A DNA stretch of 64,000 nucleotides, taken from the NCBI GenBank assembly GCA_016182235.1, contig JACOXT010000003.1, positions 194,209 to 258,208 on the forward strand, written 5' to 3'. The position numbers and the translations under genes are program-made. The notes under the pieces were generated by a model. It searched no databases, was not told the origin of the DNA, and was given only the letters and a program-made list of their open reading frames with translations. This stretch comes from Candidatus Levyibacteriota bacterium (GTDB taxonomy: Bacteria > Patescibacteriota > Microgenomatia > Levybacterales > UBA12049). Below are positions 1 through 8,270 of this stretch, in pieces (position 1 is the first letter of the stretch; the number at the start of each line of letters is the position of its first letter).

Positions 1-175
1 TCCTTTTAGCAGAGACTCCATTTTGGGCGGGGTCGGCGGACCGCCACCACCCTTGTTAACAGAGATTTAACGAGAACAAACACTAGTGGATTACAAATTT
101 ATTTCTTATGATAGAAATATTTTGAGATTTGTGATAACTTAGTAATATACCCATAATATTATTAAATCCATTATT

Positions 176-1099
176 ATGTTAGATAGACAGATATTGCCAT
201 ATAAAAAAACAATTGCCGAATTTTATTTAGGAAATAGTGCGGAAGTTTTAAAGAGCATATCTTCAAAGAGTGTTGATTTAATAATAACATCGCCCCCATA
301 TTCCGATCAAAGAAAGGGAAGTTATGGAGGTATACATCCAGATAAATACGTGGAGTGGTTTTTGCCAATGTCAGATGAATTGTTGAGAGTATTAAAACCA
401 ACAGGTACATTTATACTTAATATAAAAGAAAAAGTTGTGGATGGAGAAAGACATACTTATATCCTTGATTTAATAAAAGAGATGAGAAAACAGGGTTGGC
501 TGTGGACAGAAGAATTTATATGGTATAAGCGAAATTGCCATCCTGGTAAATGGCCGAACAGGTTTAGGGATGCATGGGAAAGGCTTTTACAATTTAACAA
601 AACCAAGAAATTCAACATGTATCAAAAGGCTGTTATGATCCCAATTGGTAATTGGGCAAAAACAAGATTAAAAAATCTTAGTGAGACCGATAAAAAAAGA
701 GATAATTCTAGAGTAGGTAGTGGATTTGGTAAAAACATTTCAAATTGGGTCGGTAAAGAAATGGTTTATCCGTCAAACGTACTTCATCTTGCAACGGAAA
801 GTTCAAACAAGAGTCATAGTGCGACATTTCCACGGAGCTTGCCCTCATGGTTTATTAAACTGTTTACAAAAGAGGGAGACTTAATTCTTGACCCATTTTT
901 AGGTAGCGGCACAACATCAATTTCTGCATCCTTACTTAATAGAAACTCTGTAGGTATTGAAATTATGCCAAAATACTATAATATTGCAATTGAGCGATTC
1001 AACGATGAAACTAGCAAAAAAGATCGAGACGTTTTTAGGAAATTGGTTAAAGTTGAAGAAAATTTCTCCGAAAACCAACTCTCGCTTCTCTATGCATAA
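176..1099 (+). CDS. DNA methyltransferase, beta-class amino-MTase (N4-cytosine or N6-adenine)
   Basis: 307-aa ORF. 'DLIITSPPY' (motif IV) lies near the N-terminus and 'LDPFLGSGTT' (motif I, FxGxG) near the C-terminus. This IV-then-I order is typical of the N6_N4 MTase family. The SPPY variant favours m4C, but the target base cannot be determined. Confidence 0.85.
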   Translation: MLDRQILPYKKTIAEFYLGNSAEVLKSISSKSVDLIITSPPYSDQRKGSYGGIHPDKYVEWFLPMSDELLRVLKPTGTFILNIKEKVVDGERHTYILDLIKEMRKQGWLWTEEFIWYKRNCHPGKWPNRFRDAWERLLQFNKTKKFNMYQKAVMIPIGNWAKTRLKNLSETDKKRDNSRVGSGFGKNISNWVGKEMVYPSNVLHLATESSNKSHSATFPRSLPSWFIKLFTKEGDLILDPFLGSGTTSISASLLNRNSVGIEIMPKYYNIAIERFNDETSKKDRDVFRKLVKVEENFSENQLSLLYA

Positions 1100-1859
1100 T
1101 TTTGACCAAAACGAATTACAGACGTATGTCTCCGAAGGAGTTATCACTCCGTTCTATAAAATCCGAATACAAAAATTAACAGAACTCACTTTTAATGACG
1201 TGATGAAAAGAAAAAATCCCTATCTATTTAAAGCAAAAAATATTCAAACTGCAGAAGAATTAATTAGGTATATACTCGATGCTTTTCTTTCTTCGCAGGA
1301 AGAAACTATATTTGGGGATTTAATGGAAGGATTAGCAATTTTTGCATGCGGTAAGGTTTTCAGTGGGTATAAAGCAGAGAAAGGTAAATTTAAAAGTATT
1401 GACTTAATCTTTAAAAGAGATGAAAGAGCATACATGATAGGCATAAAGTCGGGGCCTAATTGGGGAAACAGCGATCAGATAGGCAGGATGAAAACAAATT
1501 TTAAAGCCGCAAGAAAAATTTTAAGAAGCGAAGGAGAAGCTGGGAAAATAATTGCAGTTAATGGATGTATGTATGGAAAAGATAACAGACCACATAAGGT
1601 CGATAAAAAGGATGAAGAAAAAAGTTATTACAAATTTTGCGGACAAGAATTTTGGGAATTAATAACAGAAGATAAAGACTTTTACCAAAAAATAGTCATT
1701 CCTATAGACAAAGAGGCAAAGAAAAGAGATGAGAGTTTTAGAAATATGTACAATGCAAAAATCAATGAGCTCACAAAAAATTTCTCCGGAACTTATCTGA
1801 CAGAATATGGACACATAAATTGGGAAAAAATTATAGATTTTGTTTCCAAAAAGAATTAA
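1092..1859 (+). CDS. candidate type II restriction endonuclease partner of the MTase
   Basis: An in-frame ATG at 1092 (MHNFDQNEL...) overlaps the MTase stop by 8 nt. The track ORF start at 957 lies inside the MTase gene. There are no MTase motifs. 'KSIDLIFKRDERAYMIGIKSGPNWGNS' resembles a PD-(D/E)xK core of small type II REases. The position directly after the MTase supports the call. Confidence 0.55.
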   Translation: MHNFDQNELQTYVSEGVITPFYKIRIQKLTELTFNDVMKRKNPYLFKAKNIQTAEELIRYILDAFLSSQEETIFGDLMEGLAIFACGKVFSGYKAEKGKFKSIDLIFKRDERAYMIGIKSGPNWGNSDQIGRMKTNFKAARKILRSEGEAGKIIAVNGCMYGKDNRPHKVDKKDEEKSYYKFCGQEFWELITEDKDFYQKIVIPIDKEAKKRDESFRNMYNAKINELTKNFSGTYLTEYGHINWEKIIDFVSKKN

Positions 1860-1934
1860 TAAATAAATCCCCAAAATCATCATTTCTTAACATCTTGCTA
1901 ATCGATAGCTACGGGCGTATAATTTTGCTGATTT

Positions 1935-2519
1935 ATGAATTTGCACACTGCTGTTTTTAATCAACAAGTTTGGAGTTTTTTTTGTGACGATTTAGAGAGC
2001 TGTTTAGAAGTTTCTCGTCGGCTTCAAAAGGGAGACAGAGATTTTAAAGGAGGTTTAAATTTCACAGCTTGTCTAACAATATTTTCAGTTATTGAAATGT
2101 GCTCCGGATATTATAAAGGTAAAGATTCAGATATTAATACAATTTCGGAATTCTTGACGAAATATTTAACTAAATATTTTAGCCTTTTTGAAGACAGAGA
2201 TTTCTCAAGATATTTTTATTATGTTTTTAGAGATGGCCTTTCGCATCAATGGTCTCCGAAAGGATCAGGAATTGCTATGGATTTTAAAAATAATTATCTA
2301 ATAGGAATCCTGGATGGCAGTTCGGAAGAAATACTCACTCTAAATATTCCTGTGTTTTATCGGATAACCAAAGAAGCGTTAAGAGACTACGAAAAAGACC
2401 TAGATGAGAATGAAATATTAAGAGATCTTTTTAAAACTAGGTATGAAGATATATTAGAGCTTGATTATAAAAAGATGAGAATTCTGAGAAGTAAGGTTAA
2501 AAGGATGATTCATGAATAA
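1935..2519 (+). CDS. hypothetical protein with Rx4H (HEPN-like) motif, paralog A
   Basis: 194-aa ORF. 'FRDGLSH' (R99..H104, nt 2229-2246) fits the HEPN Rx4-6H signature with a polar residue after R. It aligns with the next ORF ('SVIEMCSGYY' vs 'CVIEALGHFR', 'YYVFRDGLSH' vs 'YKYFRSGLAH'). Confidence 0.6.
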   Translation: MNLHTAVFNQQVWSFFCDDLESCLEVSRRLQKGDRDFKGGLNFTACLTIFSVIEMCSGYYKGKDSDINTISEFLTKYLTKYFSLFEDRDFSRYFYYVFRDGLSHQWSPKGSGIAMDFKNNYLIGILDGSSEEILTLNIPVFYRITKEALRDYEKDLDENEILRDLFKTRYEDILELDYKKMRILRSKVKRMIHE

Positions 2520-3093
2520 TAAATATACATATTTAGCAGATTATGACGACATGACTTCCTTGGCAAAGGGAGACGAAATTGAATGGATGCACAATAGAAT
2601 TAAAAAAGTTTTTATTAAACCAACTAAAAAATTTATCGATAGCAAAAACAATACAGAATTAGCATTTGGAATTACGACTTTGATTTGCTGTGTTATAGAA
2701 GCATTGGGTCATTTCAGAACAGGAAGAAGATCTGATAAGCACAGCGAAAAGGACTTTAAATTATTCATCAAGGAATATATGCCAAACGCTAGTAGAATAA
2801 GTAAGCCGCTTTATAAATATTTTCGTTCAGGTCTAGCTCACGCATTTGTAATTGAAAGGGGAGGAATTGAAGGGGAAATAAAAGGACTATATGAAAGTAG
2901 AAAACGTAATAAAGTGTTTTATGAAGTTAACCCATGGAAACTTTTTGATATTCTGGTACAAGGAATCGGTAAATATTTTGCGAATTTAAACAACAAGAAT
3001 AGAAGAAAACTGAGGAAAAATTTTAGAGAGAGGTTTGAACATTCATATAAATTTTGGCTGGAAAATAAACCAAGAAAAATACTTCATGTTTGA
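2512..3093 (+). CDS. hypothetical protein with Rx4H (HEPN-like) motif, paralog B
   Basis: 193-aa ORF whose start overlaps the paralog A stop by 8 nt (ATGATTCATGAATAA). 'FRSGLAH' (R105..H110, nt 2824-2841) sits at the equivalent position. It is a divergent paralog of the upstream ORF. Confidence 0.6.
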   Translation: MNNKYTYLADYDDMTSLAKGDEIEWMHNRIKKVFIKPTKKFIDSKNNTELAFGITTLICCVIEALGHFRTGRRSDKHSEKDFKLFIKEYMPNASRISKPLYKYFRSGLAHAFVIERGGIEGEIKGLYESRKRNKVFYEVNPWKLFDILVQGIGKYFANLNNKNRRKLRKNFRERFEHSYKFWLENKPRKILHV

Positions 3094-3218
3094 TATAGAT
3101 CCGCCTAGTTGTAAAACTTCGTGAAACTGATATATTAAATCCGTGCTCAAATTTTCCATTCGGTTTTTCAAATAACAATTGCTATCAGTTTGAAATGAAC
3201 GTGTAATTTTGTTGAAAA

Positions 3219-3452
3219 ATGGTTTGGATAAGAATTTTTAGAACTAGAAGAGAAGCCGAGCGGGCAAAAAGAATTTTGGAAGAAGGAAGAATTTATTCTT
3301 CAATAACAGAAGATAAACTTGATGGCGTGCCAATTCAAAAGTACAATGTTCCGGCGCGCTTTAGACTAAATGTTGGAAGTGAAGATCTTCACAAAGCAGC
3401 AGATTTTCTTGCAAAAAAGTTGAGAAACAGATTAAAGGAAAACGTTTCCTAA
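3219..3452 (+). CDS. small hypothetical protein (77 aa)
   Basis: ORF with an ATG start. There is a weak resemblance to small DUF2007-type alpha/beta proteins but no firm motif. The palindrome GGAAAACGTTTCC overlaps its stop. Confidence 0.45.
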   Translation: MVWIRIFRTRREAERAKRILEEGRIYSSITEDKLDGVPIQKYNVPARFRLNVGSEDLHKAADFLAKKLRNRLKENVS

Positions 3453-3456
3453 TCAG

Positions 3457-3527
3457 TCGGGATGCTGGGAATTGAACCCAGGTTACCGCACCCCCAGCGC
3501 GGTGTACTGCCGTTATACTACATCCCG
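3457..3527 (-). tRNA. tRNA-Pro (anticodon GGG)
   Basis: Minus-strand cloverleaf read by hand. Acceptor CGGGATG/CATCCCG, D-stem GTAT/GTAC, anticodon stem CCGCG/TGCGG with loop CTGGGGG, variable TAAC, T-arm CTGGG-TTCAATT-CCCAG, discriminator A. Total 71 nt with no encoded CCA. Confidence 0.85.
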
Positions 3528-3538
3528 CCCCTTAATTA

Positions 3539-3560
3539 GTCTTTTGTCATTTGTCTTTAG
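3539..3560. repeat. 22-nt imperfect direct repeat, copy 1 (GTCTTTTGTCATTTGTCTTTAG)
   Basis: 19/22 identical to 3927-3948. It is built from degenerate TCTTTRG heptamers and overlaps the stop of the four-helix-bundle gene. Confidence 0.7.
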
Positions 3561-3915
3561 TCTTTAGATTTTGGTTAAATAATGATTTTATCAAAGCATT
3601 TAACTCCTTTCCAATCTTCTCGCATTTTTCTAAAGTGGTTTTTGCATTAATCTTGAATATTCTTTCCGCAATCTTAAGTCCGGCTACTGTTTCATATAGT
3701 GACTTTAGAGCGTTTCTCAGAAAACTTTTAAATTCAATATCTCCTAACGCTCCAGTTCCTTCAGCAATATTTAGAACGATTGAAGTGCTTGATCTTTTTA
3801 ATTGATCTATTAAAGCAAACTTTTCATCATTCGGTAAATATTTACAGATTTTATAAATCTCTTCTACTAGGTTTAGTGCATTATGATAAACTCTTAATTT
3901 TTCAAATCTATACAT
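3547..3915 (-). CDS. four-helix-bundle protein (23S rRNA intervening-sequence protein / Avd-like family)
   Basis: 122 aa. 'FEKLRVYHNALNLVEEIYKICKYLPNDEKFALIDQLKRSSTSIVLNIAEG' is the hallmark N-terminal half of this family. Confidence 0.85.
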   Translation of the reverse strand: MYRFEKLRVYHNALNLVEEIYKICKYLPNDEKFALIDQLKRSSTSIVLNIAEGTGALGDIEFKSFLRNALKSLYETVAGLKIAERIFKINAKTTLEKCEKIGKELNALIKSLFNQNLKTKDK

Positions 3916-3926
3916 ATTAGCTTTTG

Positions 3927-3948
3927 GTCTTTGGTCGTTTGTCTTTGG
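3927..3948. repeat. 22-nt imperfect direct repeat, copy 2 (GTCTTTGGTCGTTTGTCTTTGG)
   Basis: Lies 12 nt upstream (gene sense) of the four-helix-bundle gene ATG and matches 3539-3560 at 19/22 positions. Confidence 0.7.
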
Positions 3949-4039
3949 CTCTTCGTATTGACTAAAGTCTATAGTCTAATTGCTGACGACTAATTTTGCC
4001 TCTTGTATTTTACCATAAAAGTATTACAATAATCCCAAT

Positions 4040-5119
4040 ATGGGCAGGACACCGAATTCTCAAAGACAAATACCTCCTAATGGACAGGCAGGATCTCAAA
4101 AGCTTCAAGCAGTTAACCTCGCAATGGAACAAATAGAGAAACAATATGGCAGAGGTTCTATTATGCGCTTTGGAGAGGTTGGGCAAAAACTTGATATCTC
4201 TGTTATCTCAACAGGATGTCTTCCTTTGGATCTGGCACTTGGCATTGGTGGAGTGCCAAGAGGAAGAATTATAGAGATTTTTGGTCCTGAAGCATCGGGG
4301 AAAACAACAATTTGTTTGTCAATTATTGCACAAGCGCAGAAGCACGGTGGCGTTGCGGCATTTATTGATGCAGAACACGCGCTTGACCCAATATGGGCGA
4401 AAACTTTGGGAGTGAAACTTGAAGAGTTATTAATCTCTCAGCCGGACACTGGCGAGCAAGCTTTGGAAATTGCGGAAAGTTTAATACGTTCAGGAGGGGT
4501 TGACGTCTTGGTTATTGACTCAGTCGCCGCTCTTGTTCCGCGGGCTGAAATTGAGGGAGAAATGGGAGATTCGATGATGGGACTTCAGGCGAGACTAATG
4601 TCGCAAGCTCTTCGAAAATTAACAGGAGTTATTTCCAAATCAAAAACGGTTGCGATATTTACAAATCAGTTGCGGCAAAAAATTGGCATCATGTTTGGGA
4701 ACCCCGAGACAACAACCGGAGGTTTGGCTCTAAAGTTTTATTCATCAATGAGAATAGATGTTCGAAAAATAGAAACGCTAAAAGATGGAGATAAAGCAAT
4801 TGGATCGCGTCATAGAGTAAAGATTGTCAAAAACAAAGTTTCGGCGCCTTTTAGAATTGCAGAGTTTGATGTGATGGGAGACGGAATTTCAAGGGAAGGT
4901 GGAATTGTAGATGTTGGGGTCGAGATGGGAGTTATACAAAAATCCGGAGCATTTTATAGACTTGGAGATATGATGTTAGGCCAGGGAAAAGAGGCAACGA
5001 AAATGACACTGCGCGAAAAACCGGACGTTGCAAAAAAAATTGTTGATGAGATTTTGAAAAGAAATAAATCCTCTGGCACTCCCATGCAAGTAGGAGTTGA
5101 AGAAAAACTAGCCGCATAA
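4040..5119 (+). CDS. recA: recombinase RecA
   Basis: '[15 protein letters not shown]', Walker A 'GPEASGKTT', '[11 protein letters not shown]' and 'VIDSVAAL' are all present. The N-terminal roughly 18-aa extension makes the exact start uncertain. Confidence 0.95.
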   Translation: MGRTPNSQRQIPPNGQAGSQKLQAVNLAMEQIEKQYGRGSIMRFGEVGQKLDISVISTGCLPLDLALGIGGVPRGRIIEIFGPEASGKTTICLSIIAQAQKHGGVAAFIDAEHALDPIWAKTLGVKLEELLISQPDTGEQALEIAESLIRSGGVDVLVIDSVAALVPRAEIEGEMGDSMMGLQARLMSQALRKLTGVISKSKTVAIFTNQLRQKIGIMFGNPETTTGGLALKFYSSMRIDVRKIETLKDGDKAIGSRHRVKIVKNKVSAPFRIAEFDVMGDGISREGGIVDVGVEMGVIQKSGAFYRLGDMMLGQGKEATKMTLREKPDVAKKIVDEILKRNKSSGTPMQVGVEEKLAA

Positions 5120-5165
5120 ATTCAGGTAGCTTGTTTCAACAATCCGCTTTTTGTATAATTGGCAA

Positions 5166-6296
5166 ATGAGTGAGGGTGCTTTTTCTCCAGATAGATTTAA
5201 AGAACAAGTTGTGCCCAATCAAGAGTCTGGTGAAAGTATAGATAGGGAAACACGTTGTTTATTTCTTGCTGCAGCAACATATTCGAATGCAGGCATAGAA
5301 GGTATAAGAGAGAGTCTTATCGGTCAATATGGCAATGGTAAAGTGGACACATTTAATTCAATATTTTCTCCAGATCCCGAAAATCCTGAACGTTTCAATC
5401 AAATAGCGCAAGTTATTAAGGATAATGTAAAGGGAGGATTGGATATAATAGCTCATTCTCTTGGTGCTTCAGAGTTACAGAGGGCAATAAGAAAAATAAC
5501 CAGTGAGGATGAAGCCTTTTTTGATAAAAAGGAAAATACAGAAAAAATAAAAATAATTTTATTTTCACCAAGCGGCTTCAATAAAGGAATCATAGGTAGG
5601 CTGAGATATTTAGCTAGGACATTTAGATTCAATCGAGCAGAAGGAAATTGGCCGATTTCTAAGAGTGAAACATTGCCTCGAGGAATAGATGCTCTTACTG
5701 CATTTCCGCCTGAGGGAATTACTTCTGAAGACCTTGAAAATTCATTAAGAAAGGCAATTCCTGAGCTTTCTCAGTACAGGGAAGGGGTAGAGAGAATTCC
5801 ATCAGGAGAGAGTAAGGATAATGTTTCTAGTTTGACAGAAGACCAATTTAGGGAATATAGAAGTTATAGCAATGAAATGCTTGGTGCAATAAATAGTAAA
5901 AATTACGAGAAATTACGGCAGTTGATAGCTTCTTACGGAAAGATTTTTATGGATTCAGTGAATAAAATATGTGAAGGTAAGTTGAGGTCGGCTAAAGAAG
6001 GTATCGCGGAAGCGTCAAAAGTATCAGTTGGTGGAAGGATTGAATTGCTCAGAACGTTGATAAACGCTACAGGTAGTTCTCCCATGAAAGAACTATCAAA
6101 ACTGCAACAAAAAGGAGTTGGTGTATACTTTGTTTTCCCTGAATACGATATTTTCATGAAGCTTGATCAGGCAATTGCTTTTTTTGATGGTTCGGATGAA
6201 GCATCTCAGCATATAAAAATTCAAGCAGGAGCAACACATGTATTCCCGGCCTTGGCTCCTAAGCAGTTTACTAAATCAGTGAGGGATATTGTGTAA
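5166..6296 (+). CDS. alpha/beta-hydrolase-like protein (putative Ser-Asp-His triad) with large insert
   Basis: ATG at 5166 (the track lists TTG at 5151). Nucleophile-elbow-like 'IIAHSLGAS', later 'FPEYDIF' and 'GATHVFP'. The gene abuts recX, whose ATG at 6298 lies 1 nt after this gene's stop at 6296. Confidence 0.5.
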   Translation: MSEGAFSPDRFKEQVVPNQESGESIDRETRCLFLAAATYSNAGIEGIRESLIGQYGNGKVDTFNSIFSPDPENPERFNQIAQVIKDNVKGGLDIIAHSLGASELQRAIRKITSEDEAFFDKKENTEKIKIILFSPSGFNKGIIGRLRYLARTFRFNRAEGNWPISKSETLPRGIDALTAFPPEGITSEDLENSLRKAIPELSQYREGVERIPSGESKDNVSSLTEDQFREYRSYSNEMLGAINSKNYEKLRQLIASYGKIFMDSVNKICEGKLRSAKEGIAEASKVSVGGRIELLRTLINATGSSPMKELSKLQQKGVGVYFVFPEYDIFMKLDQAIAFFDGSDEASQHIKIQAGATHVFPALAPKQFTKSVRDIV

Positions 6297-6297
6297 A

Positions 6298-6804
6298 ATG
6301 GTATCGACACCAGAAGACAACTTTGAGAAATTTTATAATTCCGCTCTTCGGTTTTTGTCGTATAGGTCTCGGTCGGAGAAAGAGGTAAGAGACCGTTTAT
6401 ATATCAAATATCAAAAATTAAATATCAAAAATTTATCGTTGGTTATAGACAAAGCTATCGCGAAACTTAAAGAAAAGAATTTCATTAATGATAAAGAGTT
6501 TACTAAGTGGTGGATTGAATCTCGCTTGAGATTTAAACCAAGAAGTTTTCGTCTAATAAAAATTGAGCTGAAACAGAAAGGCATTAATTCCGATCTCATT
6601 GATAGCTTAATTCATAATTCACAATCCATGATTCAAAGTGACTTGGAGCAGGCCAAAAAATTAGTTGAGAAAAGAATAGAAAGATTTAAAGATTTACCAA
6701 AACAAGAAGTATACCAAAAACTTGGGAGATTCTTAGCTTCAAAGGGGTTTGACTGGGATACCATTAAAAAGTCCATTGACGAAGCGTTGGGCAAAGTAGT
6801 ATAA
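6298..6804 (+). CDS. recX: recombination regulator RecX
   Basis: 'ALRFLSYRSRSEKEVRDRL', repeated helical modules and a position downstream of recA. The start is either ATG 6298 or TTG 6289. Confidence 0.85.
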   Translation: MVSTPEDNFEKFYNSALRFLSYRSRSEKEVRDRLYIKYQKLNIKNLSLVIDKAIAKLKEKNFINDKEFTKWWIESRLRFKPRSFRLIKIELKQKGINSDLIDSLIHNSQSMIQSDLEQAKKLVEKRIERFKDLPKQEVYQKLGRFLASKGFDWDTIKKSIDEALGKVV

Positions 6805-6916
6805 TGGTTTTAGGCAATAGGAATTGAAAGATGTGGTTATGGAAAAATTGCTTTTTGGTTCCCACATACATTCTGCGAAGGCTTGAAACGAGCTTTTCTT
6901 CTGTTGCTTAAAATCT

Positions 6917-8182
6917 ATGAATCAAAACCAGGATTTAATTACTCTTGAGAAAAAGCTTCTTGAAAAAGAAGAGCGACTTGAACATGAAAAAGAGAAAATA
7001 GAAAAAGAAAAAGAAGACCTATCAAAGAAAAAGGACGAGTATCGAAATAAGCTTCAAAAAGTTTCGGGAATGACAGAAAGCGAGGCAAAAGAGGAACTTC
7101 TTAAAGAGACTGAGACAAAAGAAGCGCAAATAATAGCAAGACTGATTAAGGAGAAGGAGGAAGAGGCAAAAAAAACTGCGTCCAAAAAAGCCCAGGAGAT
7201 TTTGGTAGATAGCATGCGCCACGGGGCTTTGGATTATATTGCCGAATATACTGTTTCCACTATTAAGATAGCTGATGAAGAAATCAAAGGAAGAATTATC
7301 GGTAAAGAAGGGAGAAATATAAGAGCTTTTGAACAAGCAACAGGAGTTGATGTTGACTTGGATGAAGAAGGAATAATTAGACTATCATCTTTTGATCAGA
7401 TAAGACGTGAAATAGCAAGAAGAAGTTTGGAAAAGCTTTTAAAAGATACAAGATTTCAGCCTTTTAGAATTGAGGAGATTGTCGATCAAACAAAAAAAGA
7501 AATGGAAAAAGTGATGCTCGAGGAAGGAGAAAAAATTGCTCATGAAGTTGGAGTTTTCAATTTACCAGCAGAGCTTCTTTCAATAATAGGACGCTTTAAA
7601 TTCAGAACTTCTTATGGACAGAATTTGGTGGTTCATACCCTAGAGGAAACAAAGATTGGAGTCCACATCGCAGAGGAAGTTGGGGTAGATGTTAATATAG
7701 TAAGATTGGGATGCTTGTTTCATGACATAGGTAAAGTTGTTGAAGGAGATGGGAGTCATGTAAAATTGGGAGTAGAACTTCTTAGGCGTTTTAATATTCC
7801 ACAATCTATTATTAACTGCGTAGCGGAACATCATGAAGATAAGCCGTTTTCTGCGATTGAATCAGTAATTGTTTATATAGCAGATGCTATATCAGGAGCA
7901 AGACCCGGTGCGCGTTATGAAGATATCGAAGAGTACGGCAAAAGATTAAAAGATATGGAAGAAATTGCCAAGAAATACAAGGGTGTCCTTGATGCGTATG
8001 CATTTGAAGCAGGACGGGAACTTCGAGTCATCATAAACCCAGGAAGATTGGATGATGCAGAAACTATTATAACTGCACAAAAAATACGGGAAGAAGTTAG
8101 CCAATCCTTAGCTGTGCCAGGAGAGGTTAAGGTAACTGCAATTAGAGAGTTTCGCGCTGTTTCTTCGGACTCTTCAATATAA
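6917..8182 (+). CDS. rny: ribonuclease Y (KH + HD domains)
   Basis: KH motif 'IIGKEGRNIRAFEQATGVDV' and HD domain 'LFHDIGK ... AEHHED'. The N-terminal coiled-coil is present. No N-terminal membrane anchor is encoded in frame. Confidence 0.9.
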   Translation: MNQNQDLITLEKKLLEKEERLEHEKEKIEKEKEDLSKKKDEYRNKLQKVSGMTESEAKEELLKETETKEAQIIARLIKEKEEEAKKTASKKAQEILVDSMRHGALDYIAEYTVSTIKIADEEIKGRIIGKEGRNIRAFEQATGVDVDLDEEGIIRLSSFDQIRREIARRSLEKLLKDTRFQPFRIEEIVDQTKKEMEKVMLEEGEKIAHEVGVFNLPAELLSIIGRFKFRTSYGQNLVVHTLEETKIGVHIAEEVGVDVNIVRLGCLFHDIGKVVEGDGSHVKLGVELLRRFNIPQSIINCVAEHHEDKPFSAIESVIVYIADAISGARPGARYEDIEEYGKRLKDMEEIAKKYKGVLDAYAFEAGRELRVIINPGRLDDAETIITAQKIREEVSQSLAVPGEVKVTAIREFRAVSSDSSI

Positions 8183-8270
8183 CTGTTTTATAATTTTGAT
8201 CTATTGACTTCTAGTAATTTTCCTTGTATTTTTAACCTATATTTTCTGTCCAGGAAGGGGTGAGAGATAA

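Noticed and set aside
24-53. GC-rich hairpin-capable segment (GGGCGGGGTCGGCGGACCGCCACCACCC) at the left edge. I considered it as the 3' end of a tRNA or tmRNA, or the 5' end of an SRP/other RNA on the minus strand.
   Set aside because: There is no T-loop (GTTCRAnTC) and no recognisable SRP, tmRNA or 6S conserved block. The element is truncated by the window edge, so it cannot be assigned. It may simply be a terminator of an upstream gene.
957-1091. N-terminal extension of the ORF listed as 957..1859.
   Set aside because: This part lies inside the 3' end of the methyltransferase gene in another frame. An internal ATG at 1092 gives a standard 8-nt overlap.
6805-6916. Possible frameshifted N-terminal membrane anchor of RNase Y. 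Short hydrophobic reading frames lie upstream of the rny ATG, and the encoded RNase Y lacks the usual TM.
   Set aside because: The in-frame upstream sequence is closed by a TGA at 6884-6886 with no start codon after it. The out-of-frame hydrophobic peptides are short and unconvincing. An anchor-less RNase Y is the simpler reading.
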